Assembly (NCBI GenBank): GCA_044869265.1
Contig: JBIOXD010000094.1
Location: forward strand, 905 to 64,904
Reading direction: 5' to 3'
From: Gemmatimonadales bacterium
Lineage (GTDB): Bacteria > Gemmatimonadota > Gemmatimonadetes > Gemmatimonadales > GWC2-71-9
Length of the DNA stretch: 64,000 nt
This document shows, in pieces, positions 48,422 through 60,029 of this stretch. The notes under the pieces are model-generated. The model saw nothing but the letters and a program-made list of their open reading frames with translations. It made no database searches and was not told the origin of the DNA. Both the position numbers and the translations under genes were made by a program. Position 1 is the stretch's first letter; each line of letters begins with the position of its first letter.

Positions 48422-50305
48422 GTGACTGATCAGTTGGCGCAGCGGCTGGGTCAGGCCCTTGGCTCGTCATTCACGCTCGAAGGCGAGATCGGCCGCGGCG
48501 GCATGGGCGTCGTTTACCACGCGCGCGACGAGCGGCTCAAGCGGAAGGTAGCGGTCAAGGTCCTTCCGCCCGAGCTTGCGTTCCGCGAGGAGATCCGTAC
48601 CCGGTTTCTGCGGGAGGCGGAGACCGCGGCGCGTCTGTCACATCCTCACATCGTCCCAATCCACTCCGTCGGTGAAGGTCCCGACGGGCTCGTCTACTTC
48701 GTGATGGCCTACGTGGACGGTGAATCCCTCGCCGCTCGCCTCAAGCGGCGCGAGCGTCTGCCGGCCGAGGAAGCACGCCGCATCCTGATGGAAACGGCCG
48801 ACGCACTCGGCGCCGGCCACGCGCTCGGGATCATCCACCGGGACGTCAAACCCGACAACATCCTGCTCGAAGGCAGCCGCGGCCGGACGGTCCTTACGGA
48901 TTTTGGCATCGCGAAGGCGTTGACGTCGACGACGGGCCCGGGGACACTGACGGCCACCGGTGTCGCGATCGGCACGCCGCACTACATGAGTCCGGAACAA
49001 GCGGCCGGTGACCGGGAGATCGACGGTCGATCCGACATTTACAGTCTGGGAGTCGTGGGTTATCAGATGCTCGCCGGCGAGCTGCCGTTCTCGGCGCCCA
49101 CCGTTCCGGGCCTCCTGCTGAAACAGATCACGGAACAGGCGCCGAATCTCAAGGACCGAACGCCCACCTGTCCGGACGATCTCGCCTCGTGCGTCATGCG
49201 CTCCCTCGAGAAGGAACCGGAGGCTCGTTGGCCGACCGCGGACGCCTTGCGTCGGGCGCTCGAGTCACGCAGCGCGCCGCCTTACCGGCCCGCGCGAAGA
49301 GCCAGTGCGGGTGGGGCTCGCGGTGAGACGCGACTCGGGCCGCCCGCGAGGGTGTCGCCCGGTGGGGGCGCCGAGCGGCGCCGCGCGACGCGCCCGACGA
49401 CAAGAAAGGATCCCAGGAAAGACCTCACGCCGAGTGGCGAGCCCCGACTGGTCGCGAAGTTCCGCGACAGCTTTGTCTCATGGGCATCAGTGTGCGGCGG
49501 GTTGATGTTCATCGATCTGATGATGGGCGGCGGACTTAGTTGGTCGCTATTTCCCACGGGCCTCTGGGGCGGTTTTGGCTTGCTTCCGCAGTACATGAAG
49601 CTTTGGCACACCGGTTACTCCTGGCGCGATGTGTTGAATCGGCCCGCCGCACCCGATGCGTTCGGGGCGTCACTTGCCTCCCGGCGCACCCTGGGGCCCG
49701 CGCAGGCCGATGAATTCGGACGCCACGCCGACACGGTGCAAATGGCCCGCAATGACCGTGAGGCAATCCTCAAGATCATGGAGCGGGTGCCCCCATCGGA
49801 GCGGAAGCTCCTGCCTGACGTCGTGCAAACGATCGACGCATTGCTGAAGCGCGCGGAGGACCTTGCCCGAATGCTTCACGGCATGAGCGCCGACGTCGAT
49901 GAGGGCGCGCTAGGGAGAATCGAATCACGCATCGAGGCGGTGAGACAGCACGAAGAGGGCAGTGAGCGCGATCGGCAGATCGACTTGCTCGAGCGCCAAC
50001 GCCAGACGTTGAGCGATCTTCTTGCCCGACGGCGTCGTGTAGAAGAGCAAATCGAGTCGTGTGTGCTGGCGATGCAAAACGTGCGGTTCGATCTGCTCAG
50101 GCTACGGTCCGCCGGCGTCGCGGCGGTCTTGAGCGATCTCACGCACGCCACGCAGCAAGCGCGGGCGTTGTCACGCGACGTCGATCACGTGATCGCCGCC
50201 GCGGGGGAAATCCGCGACGTCCTCAGCGCTCCGGCGCCCTCGTCTCCCCGGCCGCCCGCGTCTTCTCAGTCCCCGCCCCAGGGGTCCCGCTTCCCCCATC
50301 ACTAG
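48422..50305 (+). CDS. Hanks-type Ser/Thr protein kinase with 2 TM helices and C-terminal coiled-coil
   Basis: GRGGMG, VAVK, HRDVKPDN, DFG, GTPHYMSPEQ; hydrophobic hairpin; helical tail. Confidence 0.94.
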   Translation: MTDQLAQRLGQALGSSFTLEGEIGRGGMGVVYHARDERLKRKVAVKVLPPELAFREEIRTRFLREAETAARLSHPHIVPIHSVGEGPDGLVYFVMAYVDGESLAARLKRRERLPAEEARRILMETADALGAGHALGIIHRDVKPDNILLEGSRGRTVLTDFGIAKALTSTTGPGTLTATGVAIGTPHYMSPEQAAGDREIDGRSDIYSLGVVGYQMLAGELPFSAPTVPGLLLKQITEQAPNLKDRTPTCPDDLASCVMRSLEKEPEARWPTADALRRALESRSAPPYRPARRASAGGARGETRLGPPARVSPGGGAERRRATRPTTRKDPRKDLTPSGEPRLVAKFRDSFVSWASVCGGLMFIDLMMGGGLSWSLFPTGLWGGFGLLPQYMKLWHTGYSWRDVLNRPAAPDAFGASLASRRTLGPAQADEFGRHADTVQMARNDREAILKIMERVPPSERKLLPDVVQTIDALLKRAEDLARMLHGMSADVDEGALGRIESRIEAVRQHEEGSERDRQIDLLERQRQTLSDLLARRRRVEEQIESCVLAMQNVRFDLLRLRSAGVAAVLSDLTHATQQARALSRDVDHVIAAAGEIRDVLSAPAPSSPRPPASSQSPPQGSRFPHH

Positions 50306-53300
50306 CCTGCTGGCCAGCCCAGCACCCTCGCACCAGTGCGGGGCCGTCGTCCCGCGTGACCGCGAAGTCGATCAGCTCCACGAAGCTTGCGGCCGCCTCT
50401 TCACACCGTCCCGCCCGTATTGCCGCCACCGCCGCAAGCTCCAAATAGCGGGCCGATCCCGGTCTCCGTGTGACCGCATAACGCAAAAGGCTGTCCGCAA
50501 GCAGAGCGGGGGCGTCGAGCGCGATTTGCGTGAGGGCCTGCGCGAGGAATTCTCCCGGGAAAGGGTGACGGTACGTTCCGCGCGCGGCGGCGAGTGCTTC
50601 ACGAGCGTGGAGGGCCCCCTCACCCCAGCGCGAGCTCCGCACGGCGAGCAGTGAGAGAGCGGCGCGGGCCTGTGCGGTGTCGGCGCCTGCCACCATTGCC
50701 TCGCGGAGCGCAGCAGCCGCGAACGGCTGATTGCGAGCGGCAGCGAGGAGCGCGCGCATCTGCAGCGCGTCCGCCCGCGTGTCCCCCGTCCCCCTGGTCT
50801 GCGCGATGGCGACGTTGAGGAGTGAGTCGGCGGCGGCCGTGTCACCCAGTGCCAGGCGCACACCGGCGGTTCGCAGCGTCCACTCTCCGACATCCGGCTG
50901 CGCGCGGCGCGCGGCGTCGAGATACTGCAGCACACCCTGGTCGCTGCGACGCGCTGCGAGCACACGAATCATGTCGAGCGGTGCGGTGTCGTCCTCACGA
51001 TCAGCGAGCCGTACCACAGAATCGAATACGACGTACACAGCGGTGGTAGGGTCGAGGAAGCGGCGCGCAGCGACGAACTCGAGCCGCGGGCGATTGTCGG
51101 TGTGCTCGAAACGCGCGCGCTCGACCAGCCTGGACACCCCAGCTTCGCCGAGCAAGCGCCGGCCGAAATACTGACTGGTGGACTCGATGTTGAGCCATTC
51201 CCTGCTGAGGCTGTGCAACCGGCCACCGGGGCCAATCAACTGCGCAAGCCACTGCTGGTCATAGCGCAGCGGCCGCGACGATCCAACGACAAGCAGGTCG
51301 GCGGTCCCCCCAAACCAGATATTGACGTGTGGGAACACCTCACGCAGGCTGCGCACGATCCCGGCGACGATCGGCAGCGGCAGCTGATATAGCTGTACCC
51401 ACTGACAAAACACGCCATCATCGGCCAGCCGGTCGCGTGCGATGCGAAAGAACTCGGGTGTGTAGAGTGTCGCGATGCCCGCGACCCACGGATTCGACGG
51501 CTCGGAAACGATGATGTCGTAGCGCTCGCGGTCGAGCTGCAGGGCACTGCGCGCGTCGTCGATCACGACGCGGACGTTCGGGCGGAAACGCACCGAATCA
51601 TTGACGGCTCGGAACAAGCTGTCCGCCTCCACCACCTCGGGCTCGATTTCGACGACTTTGACGCGCGTCATCCCCGGGACGGACGCCAGGACATGCGCAG
51701 TCACGCCGGTCCCGTAGCCGATGAGAAAGGCCGACGTGGCTGCACGGCGAGCTACGACCGGCGCCAAGCCGATCATGATCTGTGTGTCCATATCGCCGCG
51801 ATCCGATGCATCGACTTTCCCGTTCACGCGCAGCGTGCGACCAGATTCGCTTTCCCAAACGCTCACCGTCGCATTGGGTCCCTCACGAAAGCTCAACTGG
51901 CGGGCACCACGATGGGCGAGGAATTGATCGCGGGCGCTCTTGTCCATTCGATGACGGGCGTAGATCGTCGGTCCGAGATCGATCAGCCGAGTGCTCCAGC
52001 CAGGTCCCGCGACGGCGACCACGATCGCCAGCATGCCAAGGATGCCGGCCGAAAGCACGCGAACCCGCAGCCGCCGGTCTTCGGTGGAGCCTTCGGCGAT
52101 CCCGCGCCCCGCGAACCCGGCGAGCGCCAGGGCTGCGAGGCCGTTCAAAACGAGTCCGAGACGCAGGGTCGCCTGCGTGCCGAGCACGCCCACCAGGACG
52201 AATCCGGTCAAGACGGCACCGAGGATGCTTCCAATAGTGTTGAGGGCGTAGGCGGCGCCCACGTCGGCGCCGCGCGCGTGGCCCGGCCGGGCAGTGAGGT
52301 CGGTCAGGAGTGGAAAGCTCATGCCCATTCCAATCGCCGGGATAAGGACGACGGCGCCGACGGCAATCCCCATCAACAGCAACCGGGACGCTGCGTCGAG
52401 GCCTTGAAGCTGGAACACCGCGATGATGTAGGTCGGCAAGAATCCGAAAAACAGAAACAGCAACGCGGCGCCCACGCCCGTCACACCCTGCGCCACTCCC
52501 GCCGCGGCGGCGGTCTCGCCGGGCGGCAGACTGCGACGCGCAACAATCACGCTCCCCACCCCGATGCCAAGCAGGAACACGAGGAGGACCAGCGTAAACG
52601 CATACGTCGAGCCTCCGACGATCATCACCAGCACGCGGGTCCAAGCGATCTCGTTGAGAAGAGAAGCAAATGCCGTAAGGGCGAGGAGCGCGAGGGCGAG
52701 GCGGTGGAGAGCGGTAGAGGGCGGTCGGGGGCGGTCTTCCTGAACCCCAGGATCGCGCCGGGGATCAGGAAACCTCTGGTCGCGGCCGTATCGGATCGCA
52801 AGCGCGCCAATCGCGAGGTTGAAGGCCGCTGTGGCCAACAACGAGGCTCGGACGCCGACAAACTCGACGAGGAAAAAGCCGGCGAGCGCGGTGCCCGTCA
52901 TCGCACCCAGCGTATTCAAGCCGTACAGCCGGCCCAGGGACGGTTTGAGGAGGGTGCGGTCGTCACCCATGAGCGCGCGCGTCAGCACCGGCAGCGTGGC
53001 GCCCATGAGTGTGGTGGGGATCAGGAGAACGAGTGCAGCCAGTCCGAAACGCAGTGCGACGCTAGCAGCGCCCTGCAGCGCCAAGGCCCCGGCGGTGCCG
53101 ATGTACGTTCGGTGGGCAAGCGCGAGCACGAGCGGCGAGATGACGCCGAACACACCAATCGCGATTTCCAGCCAGCCGTAGAGCCTCGCAGGATTCGGGG
53201 AACGGTCCGCGATGCGCCCGAAGCCCCAAGCCCCCAGCCCCAAGCCCCCCATGTAGGCCGCAACGACGGTGGTGACCGATTGAATCGTCGAGCCGAAGGA

Positions 53301-53399
53301 TTGATACAGGACGCGGACCCACAGGAGCTCATAGACGAGCCCGGTGGCCCCGGAAAGGAAGAATAGGATGCTGTAGACGAGCGCCGGCTTAAAACGCAT
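50223..53399 (-). CDS. Fused membrane (MFS-like)/spermidine synthase-like protein
   Basis: [58 protein letters not shown]; start MRFKP overlaps the E1 stop. Confidence 0.88.
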   Translation of the reverse strand: MRFKPALVYSILFFLSGATGLVYELLWVRVLYQSFGSTIQSVTTVVAAYMGGLGLGAWGFGRIADRSPNPARLYGWLEIAIGVFGVISPLVLALAHRTYIGTAGALALQGAASVALRFGLAALVLLIPTTLMGATLPVLTRALMGDDRTLLKPSLGRLYGLNTLGAMTGTALAGFFLVEFVGVRASLLATAAFNLAIGALAIRYGRDQRFPDPRRDPGVQEDRPRPPSTALHRLALALLALTAFASLLNEIAWTRVLVMIVGGSTYAFTLVLLVFLLGIGVGSVIVARRSLPPGETAAAAGVAQGVTGVGAALLFLFFGFLPTYIIAVFQLQGLDAASRLLLMGIAVGAVVLIPAIGMGMSFPLLTDLTARPGHARGADVGAAYALNTIGSILGAVLTGFVLVGVLGTQATLRLGLVLNGLAALALAGFAGRGIAEGSTEDRRLRVRVLSAGILGMLAIVVAVAGPGWSTRLIDLGPTIYARHRMDKSARDQFLAHRGARQLSFREGPNATVSVWESESGRTLRVNGKVDASDRGDMDTQIMIGLAPVVARRAATSAFLIGYGTGVTAHVLASVPGMTRVKVVEIEPEVVEADSLFRAVNDSVRFRPNVRVVIDDARSALQLDRERYDIIVSEPSNPWVAGIATLYTPEFFRIARDRLADDGVFCQWVQLYQLPLPIVAGIVRSLREVFPHVNIWFGGTADLLVVGSSRPLRYDQQWLAQLIGPGGRLHSLSREWLNIESTSQYFGRRLLGEAGVSRLVERARFEHTDNRPRLEFVAARRFLDPTTAVYVVFDSVVRLADREDDTAPLDMIRVLAARRSDQGVLQYLDAARRAQPDVGEWTLRTAGVRLALGDTAAADSLLNVAIAQTRGTGDTRADALQMRALLAAARNQPFAAAALREAMVAGADTAQARAALSLLAVRSSRWGEGALHAREALAAARGTYRHPFPGEFLAQALTQIALDAPALLADSLLRYAVTRRPGSARYLELAAVAAIRAGRCEEAAASFVELIDFAVTRDDGPALVRGCWAGQQASDGGSGTPGAGTEKTRAAGETRAPER

Positions 53400-55518
53400 G
53401 GAGCTCGCGCATGGCCTGCGCGAGATCGTCCACTTGGGGGAGGATGTAGTCCTCGAGGTCGGGCGCGTACCCGACAAAAGTGTCCTTTGATGCGACGCGC
53501 TTCACCGGCGCATCGAGCCATGGGAAGCATTGGTCGGCAATGCGGGCCACGATCTCGGCGCCGTAGCCCCACGAGTATGCGTCCTCGTAGGCGACGATCA
53601 CCTTGTTCGTTTTCCGAATCGAGGCTTCGATCGCTTCCCAGTCGACCGGCGACAGGGATCGCAGGTCGATTACCTCCACACTCACACCGTCTTTTTCCTC
53701 GACCTCTTTAGCGGCCACCAAGGTGCGCTGGACCACCGCGCCGTAGGTGACGACGGTGAGTCCCGTGCCCTCACGCACCACCTTTGCCTTGCCGAACGGG
53801 ATCATGAAGTTGGGACCGGGATTCGGAGCTTTGTTGTAGGTCTGGCGATAGAGATGCTTGTGCTCGAGGAACAGGACGGGATCGTCGCTGCGGATCGCGG
53901 TGCGCAGCAGGCCGTTGGCATCGAGCGCCGTCGCGGGGCAAATGACGCGCAGGCCAGGCACCGCGGTGAAAATCACGGCGCCGGTTTGCGAATGATAGAC
54001 CGACCCGCCTTTCAGGTAGCCGCCGTAAGTGACGCGCACGACGACAGGCGCGCTGAAGGCGTTGCTGGAGCGCCAACGCATGGTCGCCATCTCATTGCGC
54101 AGCTGGTGGTAGGCCGGCCAGATGTAGTCGAAGAACTGGATTTCTACGACGGGTTTGAGCCCGCGCGTGGCGAGCCCGATCGCCCGGCCCACAATGTTGG
54201 CTTCGGCGAGGGGCGTGTTATAGACGCGGTCGCTGCCGAACTGGCGCTGCAACCCCCACGTCACCTTGAAGACCCCGCCTTTGCCTTTCACTTCCTTGAG
54301 GTATTGCTCGCGGCTCACGTCGGCGACATCCTCGCCGAAGACCAGGATGCGTGGATCGCGCGCCATTTCGTCCTTCATGCAGGCGTTGAGCAGATCCACC
54401 ATGGTGGTCGGCTCGCCCGTGAAGTGGGGATCGTCCTCGGTATCGAACTGCTCCGACGTTGGATCCACATCCGGCGAGTAGACCCAGAGCGTCGCGGTTT
54501 CGGGTTTGGGCTGCGGTGATGCCAACGCCATGTCGGCGGCGAGCTGGACCTCCTCCTCTACCTGCGCCTTGATCGTCTCGATCTCACCCTCGGTCGCCAC
54601 GCCTTCGTCCAGCAGCCGCTTCGGGAAAGTGGTCACAGGATCGCGCTTCGCCTCTTCTTCACGTTCACGAGGCGGCTTGTAGAGGATTTCGTCGTCTGAA
54701 AGCGAGTGTGAATAGGGTCGAATCACGTGCGCATGAACAATGGCGGGCCCTTTTCGTTGCCGACACCACTCTGACGCGCGCAGCAGGGCCTCGTACGAGC
54801 GAATCGGATCGTTGCCGTCTACTTCTTCGAGCAACAGGTTGGGGAAATTGCACACCAGCTTCGACACGGATCCGCCGGCGGTCTGCACCTCGATCGGCAC
54901 CGAAATCGCGTACTTGTTGTCTTCGATGAGAAACAGGACCGGGAGCTTGAGATTGCTGGCGCTGTTGAGCGCCTCCCACCACTCGCCCTCGCTCGTCGTG
55001 CCATCCCCCGCGGAGCAGTAGACGATCTCGTCGCCGTGGATGGGCTTGTCCTTGAGGTCCTCGATCCGGCTGTATCGGAGCCATGCCTCGGCGCAGCCCA
55101 CCGCCTGAAGGAACTGCGTGCCGGTAGGACTCGATTGGCTAACGATGTTGAGCTGCTTGTGACCCCAGTGGGACGGCATCTGGCGGCCGCCCGAACTAGG
55201 GTCATCGGCTGCCCCCACGGCCGCCAGCATCATCTCCGTTGGGGTCATGCCGAGCGAGAGGCAGAGCGCCCGATCGCGGTAGTAGGGATAGAACCAGTCG
55301 TACCCAGACCGCAGCACCTTCCCAGCGGCTACGAGCACGGCCTCATGACCCGCTCCCGAGATCTGAAAGAAGATCTTGTTCTGACGCTTGAGCTGGATCT
55401 CCTTGTCGTCGATGCGGCGCGACAGGAGCATCACGCGATAAATGTCGAGAAGATCTGTCTTTGAGAGTGTGGCTGGGGGAGGCGCCGCTTTGCGGGCGGT
55501 GCGCGAACGGGTTGCCAT
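53389..55518 (-). CDS. 2-oxoacid (2-oxoisovalerate-type) dehydrogenase E1, fused alpha/beta
   Basis: [25 protein letters not shown] (TPP motif), SHSLSD, GEDV, NTPLAE, EIQFFDY, FLEHK. Confidence 0.95.
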   Translation of the reverse strand: MATRSRTARKAAPPPATLSKTDLLDIYRVMLLSRRIDDKEIQLKRQNKIFFQISGAGHEAVLVAAGKVLRSGYDWFYPYYRDRALCLSLGMTPTEMMLAAVGAADDPSSGGRQMPSHWGHKQLNIVSQSSPTGTQFLQAVGCAEAWLRYSRIEDLKDKPIHGDEIVYCSAGDGTTSEGEWWEALNSASNLKLPVLFLIEDNKYAISVPIEVQTAGGSVSKLVCNFPNLLLEEVDGNDPIRSYEALLRASEWCRQRKGPAIVHAHVIRPYSHSLSDDEILYKPPREREEEAKRDPVTTFPKRLLDEGVATEGEIETIKAQVEEEVQLAADMALASPQPKPETATLWVYSPDVDPTSEQFDTEDDPHFTGEPTTMVDLLNACMKDEMARDPRILVFGEDVADVSREQYLKEVKGKGGVFKVTWGLQRQFGSDRVYNTPLAEANIVGRAIGLATRGLKPVVEIQFFDYIWPAYHQLRNEMATMRWRSSNAFSAPVVVRVTYGGYLKGGSVYHSQTGAVIFTAVPGLRVICPATALDANGLLRTAIRSDDPVLFLEHKHLYRQTYNKAPNPGPNFMIPFGKAKVVREGTGLTVVTYGAVVQRTLVAAKEVEEKDGVSVEVIDLRSLSPVDWEAIEASIRKTNKVIVAYEDAYSWGYGAEIVARIADQCFPWLDAPVKRVASKDTFVGYAPDLEDYILPQVDDLAQAMRELHAF

Positions 55519-55531
55519 ACTGCAAGATAGC

Positions 55532-57106
55532 CTAGTTCTGTGCGGGTCCGGGAGCCGGGGGTGGGCCGAGGCGCTCGCGCAAAAGTGGGAACTGGTCCAC
55601 TGCGACGCGAATCGTGCGGTCGTTCCGAATGACGAACTCCTCGCGCGCGTCCGATCCCCACCGGACCTCAGCAGCGCGGGCCGCGAGAATTCGGGCGAGC
55701 CGTCGCTCGAGCAGGCTGTCGGTGACCGCCGCGACGTCCAATCGGGTACGAACCCGCGTGAGGAAGGGCGGCAACAGTTTCGCGCGCCATTCGCTTTCCG
55801 CGCTGAGCCAAGCCGCGCGCGCGGCAGGGGTCGCGGGCAGAGTTTGGGCGACGCTGTCCGATACGGCGTCATCGAATCCCGAGTCCGCTGCCGCGCTCCA
55901 CCAGACCGGGAGTGGAGCTGTGATCGGCACGACGACGTCGGGCATGATGCCGCCCCCGGCGCGGACCGGCCGTCCGGCATCCGTCTTATAGACGGTGGTG
56001 GTGTCGTCGGCCGCCCCCGACTTGCCGGCGAAACTCAAGTATTGCTCGTAACCAAGCCCCTGATACCGGCGCTGAATGAATCGCCCGCTGGGAGTGACTA
56101 CGTGACCGATCGTGAGCCAGATGATGTCGCCTGAGGGGACGTAGAAGATCGACTGCATCAGGGCTTTCCCAAAGCTGCGACGCCCCACGAGGAGCGCGCG
56201 GTCGTGGTCCTGGAGCGACGCGGCCAACGCCTCGGCGGCGCTGGCGCTGCGCTCGTCAATCAGCACGATGAGCGGAATGTCGCGGAACGACCCGTCGCGT
56301 TTGGTGACATAGGTGGTGTCGGTATCGCGCTTGCGGCCGCGCGTGCGAAATACGACGGAGTTCTTGTTCAAGAACTCGCTTGCGATTTCGACTGCCAGGA
56401 CCACCGCCCCACCGGGGTTGGAGCGGAGGTCGAGGATGATGCGTTTGGCGCGCGAGCTGCGCAGCTTACCCAGGCCGTCGTGCATTTCCTCCGCGGCCTT
56501 GCCCATGAACTCTTCGAGCCGGATGTACCCGGTGATGGAATCGACCATTCGCACGACGGATACGGAACGCACCTCGAAGGGGTTGCGCTTGAGGGTGACG
56601 CGGAAGGTGTCGGGTTCGAGCCGCGGGCCCCGCTCGAGCAAAAGCCTGACCTTCGAACCCTTTTCACCGGCGAGGCGGAGCGCGAGGGTTTGGATCTCCA
56701 ACCCCGCCACGGCGGTGTCGTTCAGGGTGACGATGCGATCCCCGGGCAGCACGCCCCCCTTTGCGGCCGGGCTACGGGGGACTACGGCCAGCACGGTCGC
56801 GGCGCCCTCGATGTCCTCCAGTGTGATCCCCACCGTGAAGAGCTCACCGCGATCCAGCGCCGTCTGCCTGTCCCACTCGAGGCGTGAAACGTAGTAGCTG
56901 TGCGGATCGAGCGAGCGCAGCACGCCGCGAATCGCGGCCGCCACGAGCTCCCGATAGCTGACCGAGTCGGGGTAGTTGAGACGAATATGATTCAGCACAC
57001 CTGAGAACGTCTGTAGCTCTTCATACGCCGCGCGTTGCTGTGACGGCAGACGCACGGGCGCGCCGATGGTCAGCGCGGCCAGCACCGCGAGACTACCGCA
57101 GCGCAG
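55532..57106 (-). CDS. S41 family C-terminal processing peptidase (start uncertain, about 57085-57184)
   Basis: LDPHSYY, PDZ ([14 protein letters not shown]), [20 protein letters not shown] (Ser), SFGK (Lys), TPSGR, GGIMPD. Confidence 0.92.
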   Translation of the reverse strand: MRCGSLAVLAALTIGAPVRLPSQQRAAYEELQTFSGVLNHIRLNYPDSVSYRELVAAAIRGVLRSLDPHSYYVSRLEWDRQTALDRGELFTVGITLEDIEGAATVLAVVPRSPAAKGGVLPGDRIVTLNDTAVAGLEIQTLALRLAGEKGSKVRLLLERGPRLEPDTFRVTLKRNPFEVRSVSVVRMVDSITGYIRLEEFMGKAAEEMHDGLGKLRSSRAKRIILDLRSNPGGAVVLAVEIASEFLNKNSVVFRTRGRKRDTDTTYVTKRDGSFRDIPLIVLIDERSASAAEALAASLQDHDRALLVGRRSFGKALMQSIFYVPSGDIIWLTIGHVVTPSGRFIQRRYQGLGYEQYLSFAGKSGAADDTTTVYKTDAGRPVRAGGGIMPDVVVPITAPLPVWWSAAADSGFDDAVSDSVAQTLPATPAARAAWLSAESEWRAKLLPPFLTRVRTRLDVAAVTDSLLERRLARILAARAAEVRWGSDAREEFVIRNDRTIRVAVDQFPLLRERLGPPPAPGPAQN

Positions 57107-58274
57107 CCAGCCGCTGCTTGGCGTTGTCGACCTGGCGCGCGTAGCGGCTGGGCGCGAGAGCGATGAAGCGGTCGTACGAAGCACGCGCTTCCTCCTTCTT
57201 GTTGAGCTGCTGCTGCACGATGCCAAGGTAATAGGGAACGCGCGAGTCGCGTGAATTCGCGTCCATCGCCTGCTTCAGCGTCTGCTCGGCGCCGGCCCAG
57301 TCGCCCGAGCCGGCGAGGGCCTTGCCGAGATCGAGCAGCAAGCTGGGATCATCGGGATTGGCGTTGACGGCGGCACGCCGCTCCTTGATCGCCGCGGGCC
57401 AATTCATGTTGGCTTCGGCGATGGCGGCGAGACGAGCATTGGCCATGTACAGTCCCATGTCGTTTTCCAGCGCTTCACGATAGTAGCGCACCGCCTCTTC
57501 GAGCTTGCCCGCGCGGTGATTGAGCACGCCGAGGATGTACCGGTACTGATTGGCTTCGATCGGGATGTAATACAGAAGGGAATCGGGATGGTGGGCCCCC
57601 TCCGCGCGATCCAGGAGGAATCCGAAATCCAGAATGGCTTCCTGCCAGCGCTCGATGTGCGCCGCCGCGAGCCCGCGGTAGAAGTAGACGAAGTCAGCAA
57701 ACCCTTCGCGTTCCGACTGGATGAGGCGGTCTTCGATGAGCCGGTTGAAGCGATTGTACGCTTCCTGGTACCGGCCGCTCTGGATGTCATCGAAGCCGCC
57801 GAAGATATAGTCGTAGGTGTCGCTCAGGAACTCGTTCGCCGTCCAGTAAATGGACTTCGCGGGCCGGGCACCGGCTTCGATGCGGAGATCCACCAGCGGA
57901 TTGATGATGAACGCGCGCTGGTAATTCCTCCATGATTCTTCGAGCTTGGGTCGGAATTCGTCGGACACGCGACGCTCCGCGATGTCGTCCCACAATTTGG
58001 TGCGCTCACCGAACGGCAGCCGGCTGAGCGCGAGCCAGCCCTCGGCGAACTGCGGCTCGATGGTCACCGCCAGGCGCAGCTCGCGCTCGACATCACCCCA
58101 CCGTTTCGCGTTCCAGTAGGCAAGCGCCAGGTTGTAATGCGCGGCGGCATCGTTCGAGTCTTTGCGCACGATCTGTTCGAGCTCATCGAGTTTCTTGGGC
58201 AGTTTGAATTGCGCGGACGCGACGTTCGTTGCTGTCGCGACGGCGACGGCGAGGAGCAACCAGAGCTTCATCAC
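57093..58274 (-). CDS. Secreted TPR protein (paralog 1)
   Basis: Signal peptide, GGGAGG Shine-Dalgarno, TPR motifs; C-terminal FIALAPSRY. Confidence 0.88.
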   Translation of the reverse strand: MMKLWLLLAVAVATATNVASAQFKLPKKLDELEQIVRKDSNDAAAHYNLALAYWNAKRWGDVERELRLAVTIEPQFAEGWLALSRLPFGERTKLWDDIAERRVSDEFRPKLEESWRNYQRAFIINPLVDLRIEAGARPAKSIYWTANEFLSDTYDYIFGGFDDIQSGRYQEAYNRFNRLIEDRLIQSEREGFADFVYFYRGLAAAHIERWQEAILDFGFLLDRAEGAHHPDSLLYYIPIEANQYRYILGVLNHRAGKLEEAVRYYREALENDMGLYMANARLAAIAEANMNWPAAIKERRAAVNANPDDPSLLLDLGKALAGSGDWAGAEQTLKQAMDANSRDSRVPYYLGIVQQQLNKKEEARASYDRFIALAPSRYARQVDNAKQRLAALR

Positions 58275-58291
58275 GACCTCCCTGCGTCAGG

Positions 58292-59443
58292 CTACTGTAT
58301 TTGAGCCAAGCGCCATTTGGCGTCGAATAACTGCGACTGATAACGGCTTGGCGCGAGGGCGATGAACCGCTCGAACGTCGTTCGCGCATCCGCGGGGCGG
58401 TCGAGCGCCAGCTGCGCCAAGCCCAGCGCATGGTACGCCCGCGTTTCCCGCGGGTTGAGCTGGATGGCGCGCTGCAACTCCTCAGCCGCTTCGGCGTTTC
58501 GACCGGCGCGCTGGAGCGTGGCGCCAAGATCGTACACGAGGCTGGGATCGTCGGGATTCGTCTCCACGGCTCGCTGCCGTTCCGCTACCGCCCGCGGCCA
58601 GTCTTGCGCCTGTTCGTGAAGCTCGGCAAGCCGGATGTGAGCGGTGTACAGACCGATGTTCCGCTCCAACAGCTCCTGATACCCACGGACCGCATCGTCA
58701 CGATGTCCAGCGAGCTGATGCAGGAAAGCGATGACGAAGCCGTAGTCATCCGGGCTAAACCACGTTCGTGCGAACATCTTTTGCGATGCGTCGTCATGTC
58801 CGGCCCGCGGGCGCAGGCGGTCGAGGTCCTTGATCGCATCGTCGAAACGTGACATGCGCGCAGCGCACAACGCGCGGTACCAGAGGAACACGGTGGCGAC
58901 CGAATCCGCCTTGCCTTTGCTGCGTGAAATCAGGTCGCTCAACCGATCGTGGGCCTCTTGAAAGCGTCTGGCACGAAAGTCGTCCATCGCCTGATCCGCG
59001 CCGCCCTTCCAAGCGAGCGGAACCACCCCCGGCCCGGGTCTGCCGAGGTCGAGCAACGGGTTCAGGTAGAACGCGATACGGGCGAGCCGGCGCGATTCCC
59101 GTGACACGCTGTCGTTCCCGAACACAAGGATTTCGAATGGCGTCCCCCCCACATCGACACGTATCCGTTGAACAGAAAGCTTGCGTGGGATGGCGGACAG
59201 GTGGAAGTATCCCGGCGCGAACTGCGGATCGATGGCGATCGCCTCGTTCAGCACCACCTCTCCGTCCGCATACTGCTTGCGCTCGAGATAGGCGACCGCC
59301 AGAGCGAAATGGGCCATCGGATCGTTAGAGTCCGCTCGGGCTTTCAGAGCGAGGTTGGCCACGTCATTCGGCGTCTGCGCTGCGCCGAACGCGGTAAGCA
59401 TCGGAAACAACAGGAGCAGGAGCGAAAGACGGCGTCGGAGCAT
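58292..59443 (-). CDS. Secreted TPR protein (paralog 2)
   Basis: Signal peptide MLRRRLSLLLLLFPML..; same motif series; C-terminal FIALAPSRY. Confidence 0.88.
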   Translation of the reverse strand: MLRRRLSLLLLLFPMLTAFGAAQTPNDVANLALKARADSNDPMAHFALAVAYLERKQYADGEVVLNEAIAIDPQFAPGYFHLSAIPRKLSVQRIRVDVGGTPFEILVFGNDSVSRESRRLARIAFYLNPLLDLGRPGPGVVPLAWKGGADQAMDDFRARRFQEAHDRLSDLISRSKGKADSVATVFLWYRALCAARMSRFDDAIKDLDRLRPRAGHDDASQKMFARTWFSPDDYGFVIAFLHQLAGHRDDAVRGYQELLERNIGLYTAHIRLAELHEQAQDWPRAVAERQRAVETNPDDPSLVYDLGATLQRAGRNAEAAEELQRAIQLNPRETRAYHALGLAQLALDRPADARTTFERFIALAPSRYQSQLFDAKWRLAQIQ

Positions 59444-59535
59444 CCCTAGGTCGCGGAACAAAGCAGGGTCGCTGTTGTCCGAACGATCGCAAGGTGTACC
59501 GCAAGGATCAATATTCGGGCATCTTTGGGGTCACG

Positions 59536-60015
59536 ATGGACGCCGCCGCCAAGAAAACGATCCTCCGCCACTTCCCCTACGGCCTGTACGCCGTCACCGT
59601 GGCGCACGACGGCGAAGATCACGGCATGACGGCCAACTGGCTCACCCAGGCGGCGTTCGAGCCTCCGATGGTCGTCGTCGCCATCGAAAACATGTCGAAG
59701 ACGATCGGCATGATCCGCGACTCTCATCACTTTGCGATAAACCTGCTTTTGACAGGCCAACGCGATCTCGCCGGCAAGCTGGGGCGCAGCTCCGAGCAGG
59801 CGCCGCAGAAGCTCAAAGGAATCAAGACCAAGCCGGCGCCGGTCTCGGGTACGCCGGTGCTGGTCGACGGACTAGGCTGGGTCGAGTGTCGCGTCGTCGC
59901 TACGCTCCCGTCGGGCGATCACACGCTGGTGCTCGGCGAGGTGATCGCGGCGGGCATCGAGCACGAAGGGGAACCGCTCACGCTGCAGGAAGCGGGATTC
60001 AAGTACTCGGGCTAA
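59536..60015 (+). CDS. Flavin reductase-like protein
   Basis: FPYGLYAVT, GMTANW, PPMV, FAINLL, ECRV, GDHTL.LGEV. Confidence 0.92.
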   Translation: MDAAAKKTILRHFPYGLYAVTVAHDGEDHGMTANWLTQAAFEPPMVVVAIENMSKTIGMIRDSHHFAINLLLTGQRDLAGKLGRSSEQAPQKLKGIKTKPAPVSGTPVLVDGLGWVECRVVATLPSGDHTLVLGEVIAAGIEHEGEPLTLQEAGFKYSG

Positions 60016-60029
60016 GTCGCCGGCCGTCA

